From an uncultured Deferribacteraceae bacterium (GTDB lineage: Bacteria; Chrysiogenota; Deferribacteres; CAMZNJ01): DNA of 64,000 bases. Under the pieces are notes generated by a model that saw only the letters and a list, made by a program, of their open reading frames with translations, did no database searches and was not told the origin of the DNA. Positions within the stretch are counted from its first letter, which is position 1, and every line of letters begins with the position of its first letter. This document shows positions 1-9,501 of the stretch, piece by piece. The stretch covers positions 1,306 to 65,305 of the forward strand of contig CAMZNS010000032.1 of the NCBI GenBank assembly GCA_947313855.1, written 5' to 3'. The translations under genes and the position numbers were made by a program.

Positions 1-794
1 ACATAACTCAGGTTGATGACTATTTTCTACGCCACTTTACATCGTATCTGTCGAGTAAGAATTTGTCCGACTCCAGCATCGAACGCAAAATAGCGACAAC
101 CAAGTCACTTTACAAGTACCTCCTCGCCGTCGGCATTGTTTCCACCAATCCTGCCAAGGGTCTCAAGTTTCCCAAAAAAGATAAGAAGCATCCGGAAATA
201 TTCAGTATCGACAGTATTCTACATCTCATGGATCTGCCCGATAAGTCCACGGCTAGAGGTTTGCGAGATGCTCTTCTCATGGATCTCATGTATTCCATGG
301 GCGTTCGGGTATCGGAGTTGGTAAGCATGGACGTGGGGGATATCGATTTCGGTGCCATGCATATTATCATCACGGGCAAGGGTGGCAAACAGCGTATCCT
401 CCCTGTGTTCGCTGAGCATATGGAGCTTATCAACAAATACATACTCATTCGTCCTCAGATGGTGGGCAAGGGGCATCATATCGATTCCGATTGCTTGTTC
501 ATCAACAAATACGGCAATCGGTTGTCGGATCGTAGTGTTCGCAATATTGTGGACAAATACCTCACCCAATCGGGGCTACCCTTGACACTATCACCGCACT
601 CGTTTCGACACACCTTTGCCACACACCTACTAGAATCAGGGGCAGACATCCGCTCTATCCAAGAGCTACTGGGGCACGATAGCCTTGCCACAACAGAGAA
701 GTACACACACATGAACCTCATAGCACTTCTCAAAGTGTACGACGAATCGCACCCCGCTAACGCAAAAAACACAAAAAAACACAAAAAAACATAA
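1..794 (+). CDS. Tyrosine site-specific recombinase XerC/XerD family, 5' end outside window
   Basis: The frame is open from nt 3. The C-terminal catalytic motifs are present: LSPHSFRHTFATHLLESGADIRSIQELLGH and EKYTHM (R..HxxR..Y). The N-terminal core-binding motif (SIERKIATTKSLYKYL) is present. Confidence 0.8.
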   Translation, partial: ITQVDDYFLRHFTSYLSSKNLSDSSIERKIATTKSLYKYLLAVGIVSTNPAKGLKFPKKDKKHPEIFSIDSILHLMDLPDKSTARGLRDALLMDLMYSMGVRVSELVSMDVGDIDFGAMHIIITGKGGKQRILPVFAEHMELINKYILIRPQMVGKGHHIDSDCLFINKYGNRLSDRSVRNIVDKYLTQSGLPLTLSPHSFRHTFATHLLESGADIRSIQELLGHDSLATTEKYTHMNLIALLKVYDESHPANAKNTKKHKKT

Positions 795-814
795 ACTAAT
801 CTAAGGACAAATAC

Positions 815-1870
815 ATGGGAAAACTTACAAGGAAGATACAGGTGGGGAGTGTGGACGTTGGCGGCGGTGCTCCTGTGTCCATTCAGTCCATGACCACCAC
901 TAACACCACCGACACAGAAGCAACAATCGCTCAGATACGGAGTTTGGCGAATGCTGGGTGCGAAATCATACGGTGCAGTGTTCCGTGCAAGGATTCGGCA
1001 GCCTCACTGAAACACATCGTCGACAGTGTTGACACCCCTGTTATCGCCGACATACACTTCAGCTACTCCCTCGCAATAGCCGCCATGGAGAACGGTGCTA
1101 GTTGCATACGCATTAACCCTGGCAACATCGGTGGTGAAAAGCGTTTGGAGAGTGTTATCCATGCCGCCAAGGCAAACAACTGCTCCATTCGTATCGGCGT
1201 CAATAGCGGTTCCATTGAAAAGCATGTTTTCGAGCAACACGGCATAACGCCAACAGCACTCGTCGAGTCCGCACTGAGCACCTTGGCCATATTTGAGCGG
1301 AACGGATTCTACAACACAAAACTCTCCCTGAAAGCCTCCCATGTGCCCACAATGGTGGAGAGTTATCGCATATTCGCTAGTCGATCAGACTACCCCCTGC
1401 ACCTTGGTGTAACCGAAGCGGGGTTGCCCTTTGAAGGGACAGTTAAGTCGGCTGTGGGTATCGGTGCTCTCCTGTTGGATGGTATCGGCGACACAATTCG
1501 CGTATCACTTACCACGGATCCGTTGGAGGAGATTGTTGTTGCCAAAGAGATACTGCACGCATCAGGGGTACGAAGTAGCGGTGTGGAGATAATCGCTTGC
1601 CCCACGTGTGCCCGTGTGGAGATAGATCTGTTTACGCTGGCTCAACAGGTGAAGGAACTAACCGTAGGGTTGCCCGCGGGCATAAAGATTGCGGTGATGG
1701 GGTGTATTGTGAATGGACCCGGTGAAGCTCGTGAGGCGGATTACGGTATTGCTGGCGGTCGCGGTTCCGGTATCTTATTCAAGAAGGGTGTGATTTTACG
1801 CAAAGTTTCTGAGGGGGAGCTACTCCACAGTTTGGAGGTTATGCTACGTGAGGATGGTCTTCTTAAGTAG
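815..1870 (+). CDS. ispG: 4-hydroxy-3-methylbut-2-enyl diphosphate synthase IspG/GcpE
   Basis: The N-terminus (IQVGSVDVGGGAPVSIQSMTTT) and the C-terminal iron-sulfur cysteines (CPTCARVEIDL, VMGCIVNGPGEA) are typical of GcpE. Confidence 0.9.
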   Translation: MGKLTRKIQVGSVDVGGGAPVSIQSMTTTNTTDTEATIAQIRSLANAGCEIIRCSVPCKDSAASLKHIVDSVDTPVIADIHFSYSLAIAAMENGASCIRINPGNIGGEKRLESVIHAAKANNCSIRIGVNSGSIEKHVFEQHGITPTALVESALSTLAIFERNGFYNTKLSLKASHVPTMVESYRIFASRSDYPLHLGVTEAGLPFEGTVKSAVGIGALLLDGIGDTIRVSLTTDPLEEIVVAKEILHASGVRSSGVEIIACPTCARVEIDLFTLAQQVKELTVGLPAGIKIAVMGCIVNGPGEAREADYGIAGGRGSGILFKKGVILRKVSEGELLHSLEVMLREDGLLK

Positions 1871-1873
1871 GGG

Positions 1874-1967
1874 CGGTCAGACTAGCAGACGGGCGAACAG
1901 TGGTCAGACTAGCAGACGGGCGAACAGTGGTCAGGCGAACAGACGGGCGAACAGACGAACAGACTAA
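1874..1967. repeat. Intergenic tandem repeat of 27-nt unit GGTCAGACTAGCAGACGGGCGAACAGT (2 copies), followed by degenerate ACAGACGGGCGAAC copies
   Basis: Direct reading of the ispG-aroE spacer. Confidence 0.8.
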
Positions 1968-1985
1968 AACCTCAAGGGGTGCTCG

Positions 1986-3020
1986 GTGAACTATAAATAC
2001 TACAACATGGGCGTTATCGGATCCCCCGCAGCCCACTCCCTCTCCCCCGTACTACACTCCTACCTCCTTCAGGAGCGTGGTCTTGTTGGCGGATACAATA
2101 TTTTCGACGTACCCGAATCACGTATTCGCAAGGTGCTCGACCATGGTGCAATGTTTCACTACAGTGGCTTTAATGTTACCCTGCCGTACAAGAAACATAT
2201 TATGTCCATGTGCCACCATATGGATCCGATAGCGACTAGTATTGGGGCGGTGAATACTGTGAAGCTGAGCACACTTGCTAAAAAAGGGGGGCACCATGGC
2301 TCTGAGTCGCCCCCTGTGACGGCTACCGATAGGGAGCTGGCTTGGCACCATGGCTCTGAGTCGCCCCCTGTGTACACTCTGACAGGCTACAATACCGACG
2401 TTGTAGGGTTTGCACATATGCTACAACACAAAAATATTAATCCTGCTGATCAGAATGTACTAGTATTGGGTGCTGGTGGTGGGGCACGAAGTGTTGTTCA
2501 TCACCTTGATGCAGTTGGTGCTAAGGTTCAGGTATTCAATCGCACTGTTGATACAGCCGTTAGCCTCATTGCAGACATGGGGGCTAACGCCACCATAGCA
2601 ACAGCCGACAACCTCGCTCAAGGTGACTTCTACCTCATCGTTAACACAACATCCTCAGGCGTTCATGGGGAGGCGTTCACGGCTCTCCCTCCAGGTGTTA
2701 ATCTCAAGTTGACCCATGCTGTTGATCTGATTTACACACAAAAAGTTGGGGGAGCTGCAACAGGACTAGCAGGGAGCATTGCCACCCCCTTCCTTAGCCA
2801 CATGGGGGCTGATGTTAGTTGTGACGGTTTGCTTCACCTAATTTATCAGGGTGTGGAGTCGTTTGAGATATTCGTCAGGGATACTGAGTCGCAAAATCTT
2901 GGCACTACCCCTGCAACCCCTGCAACCCCTGCAACTCCTACAACCCCTACAACCCCTGATCCCGAATTCATCGACTACCTTTACGCAAAACTAACTAGAA
3001 TAATAAGTGGCAGACAGTAG
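1986..3020 (+). CDS. aroE: Shikimate dehydrogenase AroE with an internal 20-aa duplicated insertion and a TPATPATPATPTTPTTP C-terminal tail
   Basis: Diagnostic motifs are present: GVIGSPAAHSLSP, NVTLPYK, NTD, and a GAGGGARS Rossmann motif. The start may be the ATG at 2007. Confidence 0.8.
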   Translation: MNYKYYNMGVIGSPAAHSLSPVLHSYLLQERGLVGGYNIFDVPESRIRKVLDHGAMFHYSGFNVTLPYKKHIMSMCHHMDPIATSIGAVNTVKLSTLAKKGGHHGSESPPVTATDRELAWHHGSESPPVYTLTGYNTDVVGFAHMLQHKNINPADQNVLVLGAGGGARSVVHHLDAVGAKVQVFNRTVDTAVSLIADMGANATIATADNLAQGDFYLIVNTTSSGVHGEAFTALPPGVNLKLTHAVDLIYTQKVGGAATGLAGSIATPFLSHMGADVSCDGLLHLIYQGVESFEIFVRDTESQNLGTTPATPATPATPTTPTTPDPEFIDYLYAKLTRIISGRQ

Positions 3021-3099
3021 CTAGTAGCGAGCAATAAAAATCTAGTTTAGAAGCTCTGCCCCTTGAAAAAAATATTGAATATGTATAGACTAGGAAAAT

Positions 3100-4686
3100 A
3101 TGAATACCTTAACCACAAATCAAGATCCGCAAATAGTAGCTGTTGAGCTAATGGAGCAGTTTGGGCTTCCCGGAGCTGCGTTCGACCTCTTCTCTGACGG
3201 CAATACAACCGCCATCACCATGAAAAGCAGTATCACCAAGCATATTGTAAAGCATCGTATTGCAAAAAATAAGATGATGGCCACAGTCTGCATACTACCC
3301 GCAACAATCGACTCCGATCTGACCGAAGAGGGGCTAACCACATACCTCAACGAACAAGGGATTAAGTATGGCATCAAGAGTAGAGCCATTAGCAAAGTTG
3401 TTCAGATGGTGAAAAACAAAGAACTTGTACTAGACGCCATTGTCGCCGAAGGGAAAGCTCCCGAAGGGGGCGAAGACGCAAAAGTAACCATCTTTTTCCG
3501 CGACCACTCAGCAAGCAAAGCACGTATCGACTCCTCAGGTCGTGCCGATTATAAAAATATCGACAAATTCGTATCGGTTAGAGCTGGCGACAAACTGATG
3601 ACACTACATAAACCTGTTCTAGGTGCACCCGGAATCAATATTGCCGGCGAAGAACTTGTTGCCAAAGGGTTCGACACCATCGATATCACCACTGGCGACA
3701 ACATACGAGTACTAGACAAAGGGGGCAGAATTGTCTACTTCGCCACCAAAAATGGCTACGTAAGCTATGACGCTGTATCATACAAAATCGCCGTTGTTGA
3801 CCTACTAGTCGTAAACACCGTTAGTTACGAAACAGGCAGTATCAACTTCGAAGGATCCGTTTACATCAAAGAAGATGTGTCGAGAGGCTTTAGAGTGAAA
3901 GCAACAGGAGATATCACTATTGCAGGTGTAGTGTCCGACGCAACTCTTATCGCTGGAGGAAGTATTACCATTCAGTCAGGAGTCAAAGCCAAAGGGAAGG
4001 CAACACTTTCTGCTGTGAAAAATATTGAAGTCGGATACCTGGAGCAAGCAAGTATTTACTGCTCTGGAAACCTAACAATTAACCGATACGCATACAATAG
4101 CGACATAAGGTGCAAGGGGGATCTGTTTTGCAGCCGTGAAGGATCGGTCATCTCGGGCACCACTCTCAGCATTCTCGGAAACGCAAGCATATATCAGCTC
4201 GGAAGCCCTAGCGACAAAGCAACAAGGATTAGCATGGGGGTATGGGAAGACAAATCTGCAACAGAGGTGATCGAAAAAGCCTTCGAACTAGAGGCAACAA
4301 TCGAACGACTCTCACTGATTATGCACTATATCTCATCACGTGAGGGAACACTTGGAGAGGTGGGGCGAGATAAATACAAAAAACTATGCCTGACATACAC
4401 AAAACTAATGTCGGATCTGGAAGCGTTGGAAGATCAGTTCTATATCTCAGATAGATTCATAAATTGCCCAAAATCAAAGCTGACAATATTCGGAACAGCG
4501 TACGAAGGGGTAACTATCGCCTTTTTCTCATCGATATTTCGAATTACCGAACAGTTTGCATACACTGTATTCAAATACAACTACCGAACAAAGCAAATAC
4601 TCCGTATGGATATCGATGATGATGCCGATAACGTAGCAGATAGTGCACCACAGGATGCTATCCAAACAGGGGAAACCTCCTCCTAA
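3100..4686 (+). CDS. FapA/DUF342 family protein (flagellar-assembly-protein-A-like, beta-helical repeats)
   Basis: The N-terminal region has a PG.NI.GE...G.D signature. A long run of degenerate G/V/I-rich beta-helix repeats follows (ITIAGVVSDATLIAGGSITIQSGVKAKG...). The C-terminal region is helical. This is a resemblance call only. Confidence 0.55.
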   Translation: MNTLTTNQDPQIVAVELMEQFGLPGAAFDLFSDGNTTAITMKSSITKHIVKHRIAKNKMMATVCILPATIDSDLTEEGLTTYLNEQGIKYGIKSRAISKVVQMVKNKELVLDAIVAEGKAPEGGEDAKVTIFFRDHSASKARIDSSGRADYKNIDKFVSVRAGDKLMTLHKPVLGAPGINIAGEELVAKGFDTIDITTGDNIRVLDKGGRIVYFATKNGYVSYDAVSYKIAVVDLLVVNTVSYETGSINFEGSVYIKEDVSRGFRVKATGDITIAGVVSDATLIAGGSITIQSGVKAKGKATLSAVKNIEVGYLEQASIYCSGNLTINRYAYNSDIRCKGDLFCSREGSVISGTTLSILGNASIYQLGSPSDKATRISMGVWEDKSATEVIEKAFELEATIERLSLIMHYISSREGTLGEVGRDKYKKLCLTYTKLMSDLEALEDQFYISDRFINCPKSKLTIFGTAYEGVTIAFFSSIFRITEQFAYTVFKYNYRTKQILRMDIDDDADNVADSAPQDAIQTGETSS

Positions 4687-4703
4687 CAGGCGTACACTGA
4701 ATA

Positions 4704-4753
4704 CGCGACACGACTGCGACACGACTGCGACACGACTGCTACACGACTGCTAG
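4704..4753. repeat. Intergenic tandem 11-mer CGACACGACTG, 4 copies
   Basis: Direct reading. Confidence 0.8.
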
Positions 4754-4899
4754 ATACCCCCCCCACCTTTGGCAACAAACTATTGCCAATTACAGCTTCA
4801 GTCTTATCTTAGTTGTAGAAACACCCTGCCACAAACCTCAAACTGTAGCAGGCATAATGAAAACATTAAAAAAAGATACATTTACAGAGGTCTTAAGTT

Positions 4900-7317
4900 A
4901 TGAGCGATGGCGATAAAGCAACGAATATTCAAAGCAGAAACCTACCTGTCCTGCCCGTAAAAGATATTGTGATATTCCCACAGATGATTGTCCCCCTTTT
5001 TATCGGTAGGGAGGGGAGTATTTTGGCGGTCAACGAGGCATCTGCCACACCTAGTCGAAGTATCCTTGTGCTTACACAAAAAGATATCTCCATAGACGAT
5101 CCCGCACCCGAAGACATGTTTGATGTGGGGTGCGTTGCCAACATTATGCGTACCCTAAAACTAAACGACGGTCGCATCAAAATCCTTGTTCAAGGTGTAT
5201 CGCGAGCATCGGTCAATAGCATCAAAAAAGAGGGGGGGCACTATGTTTCTGACGTGACCATTGTTGATACTGAGGAAGTTTCTGAAAACGACTTAGTGCG
5301 TGGCGAAGCCTTAATGCGTAGTGTTCGCGACAAACTCGATACCGCCTCCGACCTAGGCAAACCTATCCTCCCCGATCTACTATCGTTTATCGATGGGCTC
5401 AAAGACCAAGACAGACTCGCCGACATGATTGCAAGCAATGTGGGCTTCGGGTTTGAAGACACACAAGAACTACTATCACTACTCAACCCCATGGAACGAC
5501 TAGAACGAATCTCAGAACTACTAAGCCGCGAACTCTCTATTCTAGAAGTACAACACAAAATTATGGTTGACACGCGGGGCGAAATAGACAAATCGCAACG
5601 TGAATACTACCTACGAGAACAGCTCAAAGCCATCCTCAAAGAGCTAGGGGAAGATGAAGCCTTGGAAGAGGAAGTTGAGCGTTTTCGTGAGAAAATATAC
5701 AAATCAAAAATGCCACAAAAAGCCAAAGAAACAGCTCAAAAAGAGGTGAAAAGACTCGCACGAATGAACCAAGACGCCGCCGAAGCCACTGTTGTTCGCA
5801 ACTACCTCGAATGGCTCATCGAACTACCATGGGACGCACATACTAAAAAACAGGTGGCCCTAGACAAAAGCAAAACCATACTCGACTCCGACCATTACGG
5901 ACTCAAAGATGTCAAAGAACGAATACTCGAATTCCTAGCTGTTCTTAGCTTGAAAAATGCCAAATCTATCAAAAGCCCAATAATATGCCTTGTTGGACCC
6001 CCAGGTGTGGGAAAAACATCTCTAGGTGCATCCATCGCAAAAGCAACATCACGAAAATTTGTACGCATTAGCTTGGGAAGTATGCACGATGAATCAGAGA
6101 TCAAAGGACATCGACGTACCTACATCGGAGCAATGCCCGGCAAACTTATTCAGGCGATGAAAACCGCTGGCACTAGCAACCCCGTTATCCTGCTGGACGA
6201 AATCGACAAGGTGAGCTCTAGCTACCGTGGCGACCCATTCTCAGCGTTGCTCGAAGTGCTCGATCCGCAACAAAATCACTCATTCGTAGACAACTACATC
6301 AACATACCCTACGACCTTAGCCGTGTCCTATTCATCGCTACCGCAAACTACATCGGCAACATACCCGCAGCACTACGCGACAGGATGGATATCGTACAGC
6401 TGTCTGGATACACCAACTCGGAAAAACTCAGTATTGCACAGTCATACCTCATCCCAAGGCAACGCGAAGAATCGGGGCTAGGGGATCAGGATATTAGGTT
6501 TTACCCGAAATCACTGGAGTTTATCATCAGCGACTACACTCGCGAAAGTGGTGTGCGTCAGCTTGAACGTGAAATAGGTCGTATTTATCGCAAAATTGCA
6601 CTCAAAAAAGTCACAAAAGAGAAGTTCTCAACCACCATTACCCCCACTGGAGTAGCAAAATACCTCGGCACACCCCTGTACAAACGTGAAGACGAACTTG
6701 TCCACAACGAACTCGGTGTTGTTACCGGTCTTGCATGGACATCGGTTGGCGGAGATGTTTTGTACGTGGAAGCATTACGCTACAAAGGGGGGGGCAAGCT
6801 AAGTATCACGGGCTCCCTGGGGGACGTAATGAAAGAGTCGGCACGGGCAGCACTGAGCTATATCCGCTCCATTAGTGCTGAGCTTGGCATCGACAACAGC
6901 ATGTTTGAAAAATACGACATCCACATACACGTACCCGCTGGGGCTACCCCCAAAGATGGACCCTCAGCAGGTATCACAATCGTAACAGCACTCATCTCCA
7001 TTCTGCAGTGCAAATATGTCAGCCGACACGTTGCCATGACAGGCGAAATAACCCTTCGTGGAAAAGTCTTGCCTATTGGTGGACTCAAAGAGAAAATACT
7101 TGCAGCCAAAATGGTTGGCATCACAACCATTATCATCCCTGAGGGGAACAGAAAAGACGTGGAAAAGATGGACAAAGAGGTTGTGCATGGTGTGAAAATA
7201 ATACCTATCGCCAACTACATGGATATCATGGACAAAGGTGTTTTTGTCGAAAATAGCGAGGATAGTACTGGCAACACTGGGGGCTCTGGGGGCGACAACT
7301 CTGGCGAGGACAAATAG
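4900..7317 (+). CDS. lon: ATP-dependent protease Lon
   Basis: It has a Lon N-terminal domain. The AAA+ Walker A motif is GPPGVGKTS. The protease-domain catalytic Ser motif is PKDGPSAGITIVTAL. Confidence 0.95.
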   Translation: MSDGDKATNIQSRNLPVLPVKDIVIFPQMIVPLFIGREGSILAVNEASATPSRSILVLTQKDISIDDPAPEDMFDVGCVANIMRTLKLNDGRIKILVQGVSRASVNSIKKEGGHYVSDVTIVDTEEVSENDLVRGEALMRSVRDKLDTASDLGKPILPDLLSFIDGLKDQDRLADMIASNVGFGFEDTQELLSLLNPMERLERISELLSRELSILEVQHKIMVDTRGEIDKSQREYYLREQLKAILKELGEDEALEEEVERFREKIYKSKMPQKAKETAQKEVKRLARMNQDAAEATVVRNYLEWLIELPWDAHTKKQVALDKSKTILDSDHYGLKDVKERILEFLAVLSLKNAKSIKSPIICLVGPPGVGKTSLGASIAKATSRKFVRISLGSMHDESEIKGHRRTYIGAMPGKLIQAMKTAGTSNPVILLDEIDKVSSSYRGDPFSALLEVLDPQQNHSFVDNYINIPYDLSRVLFIATANYIGNIPAALRDRMDIVQLSGYTNSEKLSIAQSYLIPRQREESGLGDQDIRFYPKSLEFIISDYTRESGVRQLEREIGRIYRKIALKKVTKEKFSTTITPTGVAKYLGTPLYKREDELVHNELGVVTGLAWTSVGGDVLYVEALRYKGGGKLSITGSLGDVMKESARAALSYIRSISAELGIDNSMFEKYDIHIHVPAGATPKDGPSAGITIVTALISILQCKYVSRHVAMTGEITLRGKVLPIGGLKEKILAAKMVGITTIIIPEGNRKDVEKMDKEVVHGVKIIPIANYMDIMDKGVFVENSEDSTGNTGGSGGDNSGEDK

Positions 7318-7434
7318 TGGCAAATCGCAAAAACACTACCCGACGACACCTACTTAACAATAAATATACATATTCTAAAATTTATCGTTTCACAAGTATG
7401 CTATTAGTAGTATAATGACACTATAAATCAAATC

Positions 7435-8331
7435 ATGTGTAGGTTTTATATGAAAATTATTGCTATTGGTGGCGGAAAAGGTGGCGTAGGCAAAAGCTTT
7501 GTAACATCATCCCTAGGGATGGCACTCACGAAGGCTGGACACAAGACACTACTGGTTGACTGTGATCTCGGAAGTGCCAACCTCCACAACTTTGTTGGCG
7601 TATCAGCACCAACAAATGCCTTATACAACGTTATGCGTGGAGATACAGGGTTCGAAGAAGCCATAATCTCTACACCGTATGGAGTGGACATCCTATGCGG
7701 ATCCGTGGACATGCTGGGGATGGCACATATTACGCGACACGAACGCAAACACCTCCTAAACAGCATACAAAGCTCGAAATACGACTACGCACTCATGGAT
7801 CTTGGAGCCGGAAACTCATTCCATATGGTGGACTTCTTCAACGAAGCTCACATCAAAGTAATGGTTATGACCTCCGAACCAACATCCATCGAAAATACAT
7901 ACGGATTCCTCAAAGTGGCGTTGTATCGTGCGATTGAGCGTGGCTTTGCAGAAACGAACAGTTACGCCGAAATGTGCAAAATATTGCGTAACGCATCACA
8001 CACTTTTGCCGATATCAGAAGTATCCGATCGTTTATCTACAGCATCGATGTGAACGACCTAACCAAACTTGACAACATCATAAACAACTTCCAAGTCTCT
8101 GTTCTAATAAACGTTGTCCACAGCAAAAGCGATCTCACGCTGCTGAGCGGCTTCAAACAGATTATCTTCAACTACCTAGGTATTCATATCGACTTTATCG
8201 GGTTCGTACCCTACGACAAAGTTGTTGTAGACGCAATCAAAGGACAGCAGTCGGTGTATGGCGACTCATTGCACGAAAATATTATCGGGTGCTTTGACTC
8301 GATTTCAGGCAAACTAGCAGCTAGACTTTAG
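7435..8331 (+). CDS. MinD/ParA/FlhG-family P-loop ATPase (deviant Walker A)
   Basis: The deviant Walker A motif is KIIAIGGGKGGVGKSF. A DCD motif is present. The likely start is the ATG at 7450. Confidence 0.8.
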   Translation: MCRFYMKIIAIGGGKGGVGKSFVTSSLGMALTKAGHKTLLVDCDLGSANLHNFVGVSAPTNALYNVMRGDTGFEEAIISTPYGVDILCGSVDMLGMAHITRHERKHLLNSIQSSKYDYALMDLGAGNSFHMVDFFNEAHIKVMVMTSEPTSIENTYGFLKVALYRAIERGFAETNSYAEMCKILRNASHTFADIRSIRSFIYSIDVNDLTKLDNIINNFQVSVLINVVHSKSDLTLLSGFKQIIFNYLGIHIDFIGFVPYDKVVVDAIKGQQSVYGDSLHENIIGCFDSISGKLAARL

Positions 8332-8348
8332 ACGAAAAAGGAGCGGAG

Positions 8349-9470
8349 ATGGCTACGGAAAAAGGACAGACAACAAATACAGCTAATCCGATACTAACAA
8401 GAGCTGCAACTGAAGACTCTGTTCTTCGAAACTACTACTCCGAAACCTACTCGCAGGACAAGAAAGTAGGGCTTCTCGTATTTAGGATAGGGGACGGTGT
8501 TTTTGCCATCGCAAGTCTAAAAACACAAGAAATAATACGCTCTGTGGATATTACAAGAGTTCCACATCTTGAAAAATATATTCTGGGTATCACAAACTTG
8601 AGGGGAAAAATACTACCCATTTGCGACCTCAGATACTTCTTCGGACTGAAAAATACCATCTTCGATAGGGACACAAGGGTTATTGTTGCCAAATTTAACC
8701 AAGGATCGATCGGGTTTGTGGTGGATGCAGTGGTGGATACAATCCACATTGCTGTGTCCTCCTTGGAAAAAAATAATTCATCGGTGTCTTCATTACAATT
8801 CGACGGATTCATCTCAGGCGTATGCAACCATAAAGATGGCATCATATTTCTACTGAATATTCTGAAAGTTGCTGGCATTGAGTCTGCACCGGGGGAAAGC
8901 GATCCACTTGACACCTTCCTGAATATGTTGGGGGACAGGGAGGGTGGTAAGGGGTTGGAACGCTCAGGTGGCGACGGTGGTGGCGACGGTGGTGGCAGCA
9001 GCAACACACTCTGGTACCTCCTCGGACGATACAACCACAGTAACCCCGCAAAACTAACCCTCTACATACTATTCACCATACTCAACCAAGGGGGGTACAT
9101 GTTCGCTCCTTGGCGATGCTCCTCGTGCGGACAGAGCCTCACAGCCGAAAACCAAGATTGCAACACTGCGAGGGGCGTTGCAACCCTAAACCATGACGGC
9201 GAAATGCACTGTGCACAGTGTACGCCACAACCACACACCATTACTGCCACCGATATTGCTAGCTCAAACATCAAGTATGTTCGCACTAGTGTGTTTTTGG
9301 CGTTGCAGAGCTTTTACCACAGCCATAGCTACACATCCCTCGAGGTGGACGCAATACTGGAGCACGAATTACTAGACCTACTGTTTTACCATGGTGCCAA
9401 CGTGTTAGGGTATCAGCTGCACGCCTATCGCCACTACCGACTGCTCATGCCACCACCCAAAGGGGCATAA
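8349..9470 (+). CDS. CheW-domain protein with a ~200-aa C-terminal extension containing a CxxC...CxxC motif
   Basis: The CheW fold signature is VPHLEKYILGITNLRGKILPICDLR...RVIVAKFNQGSIGFVVDAV. The tail contains WRCSSCGQ...HCAQCT. Confidence 0.7.
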   Translation: MATEKGQTTNTANPILTRAATEDSVLRNYYSETYSQDKKVGLLVFRIGDGVFAIASLKTQEIIRSVDITRVPHLEKYILGITNLRGKILPICDLRYFFGLKNTIFDRDTRVIVAKFNQGSIGFVVDAVVDTIHIAVSSLEKNNSSVSSLQFDGFISGVCNHKDGIIFLLNILKVAGIESAPGESDPLDTFLNMLGDREGGKGLERSGGDGGGDGGGSSNTLWYLLGRYNHSNPAKLTLYILFTILNQGGYMFAPWRCSSCGQSLTAENQDCNTARGVATLNHDGEMHCAQCTPQPHTITATDIASSNIKYVRTSVFLALQSFYHSHSYTSLEVDAILEHELLDLLFYHGANVLGYQLHAYRHYRLLMPPPKGA

Positions 9471-9501
9471 TGAAGTCACCATACGGCTAATTCATGGCAA
9501 C

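Noticed and set aside
1-794. xerC/D-like recombinase at the window edge as an integrase of a mobile element
   Set aside because: No att-like repeats, phage or conjugative genes or compositional shift follow it. Its motifs match the chromosomal dimer-resolution Xer type. The upstream context is outside the window.
8447-9034. 195-aa minus-strand ORF rich in Pro/Ser (PPPSPPPSPP) antisense to the CheW-domain gene
   Set aside because: It is generated by the complement of the GGDGGG repeat, lies wholly inside a better-supported CDS and has no domain features.
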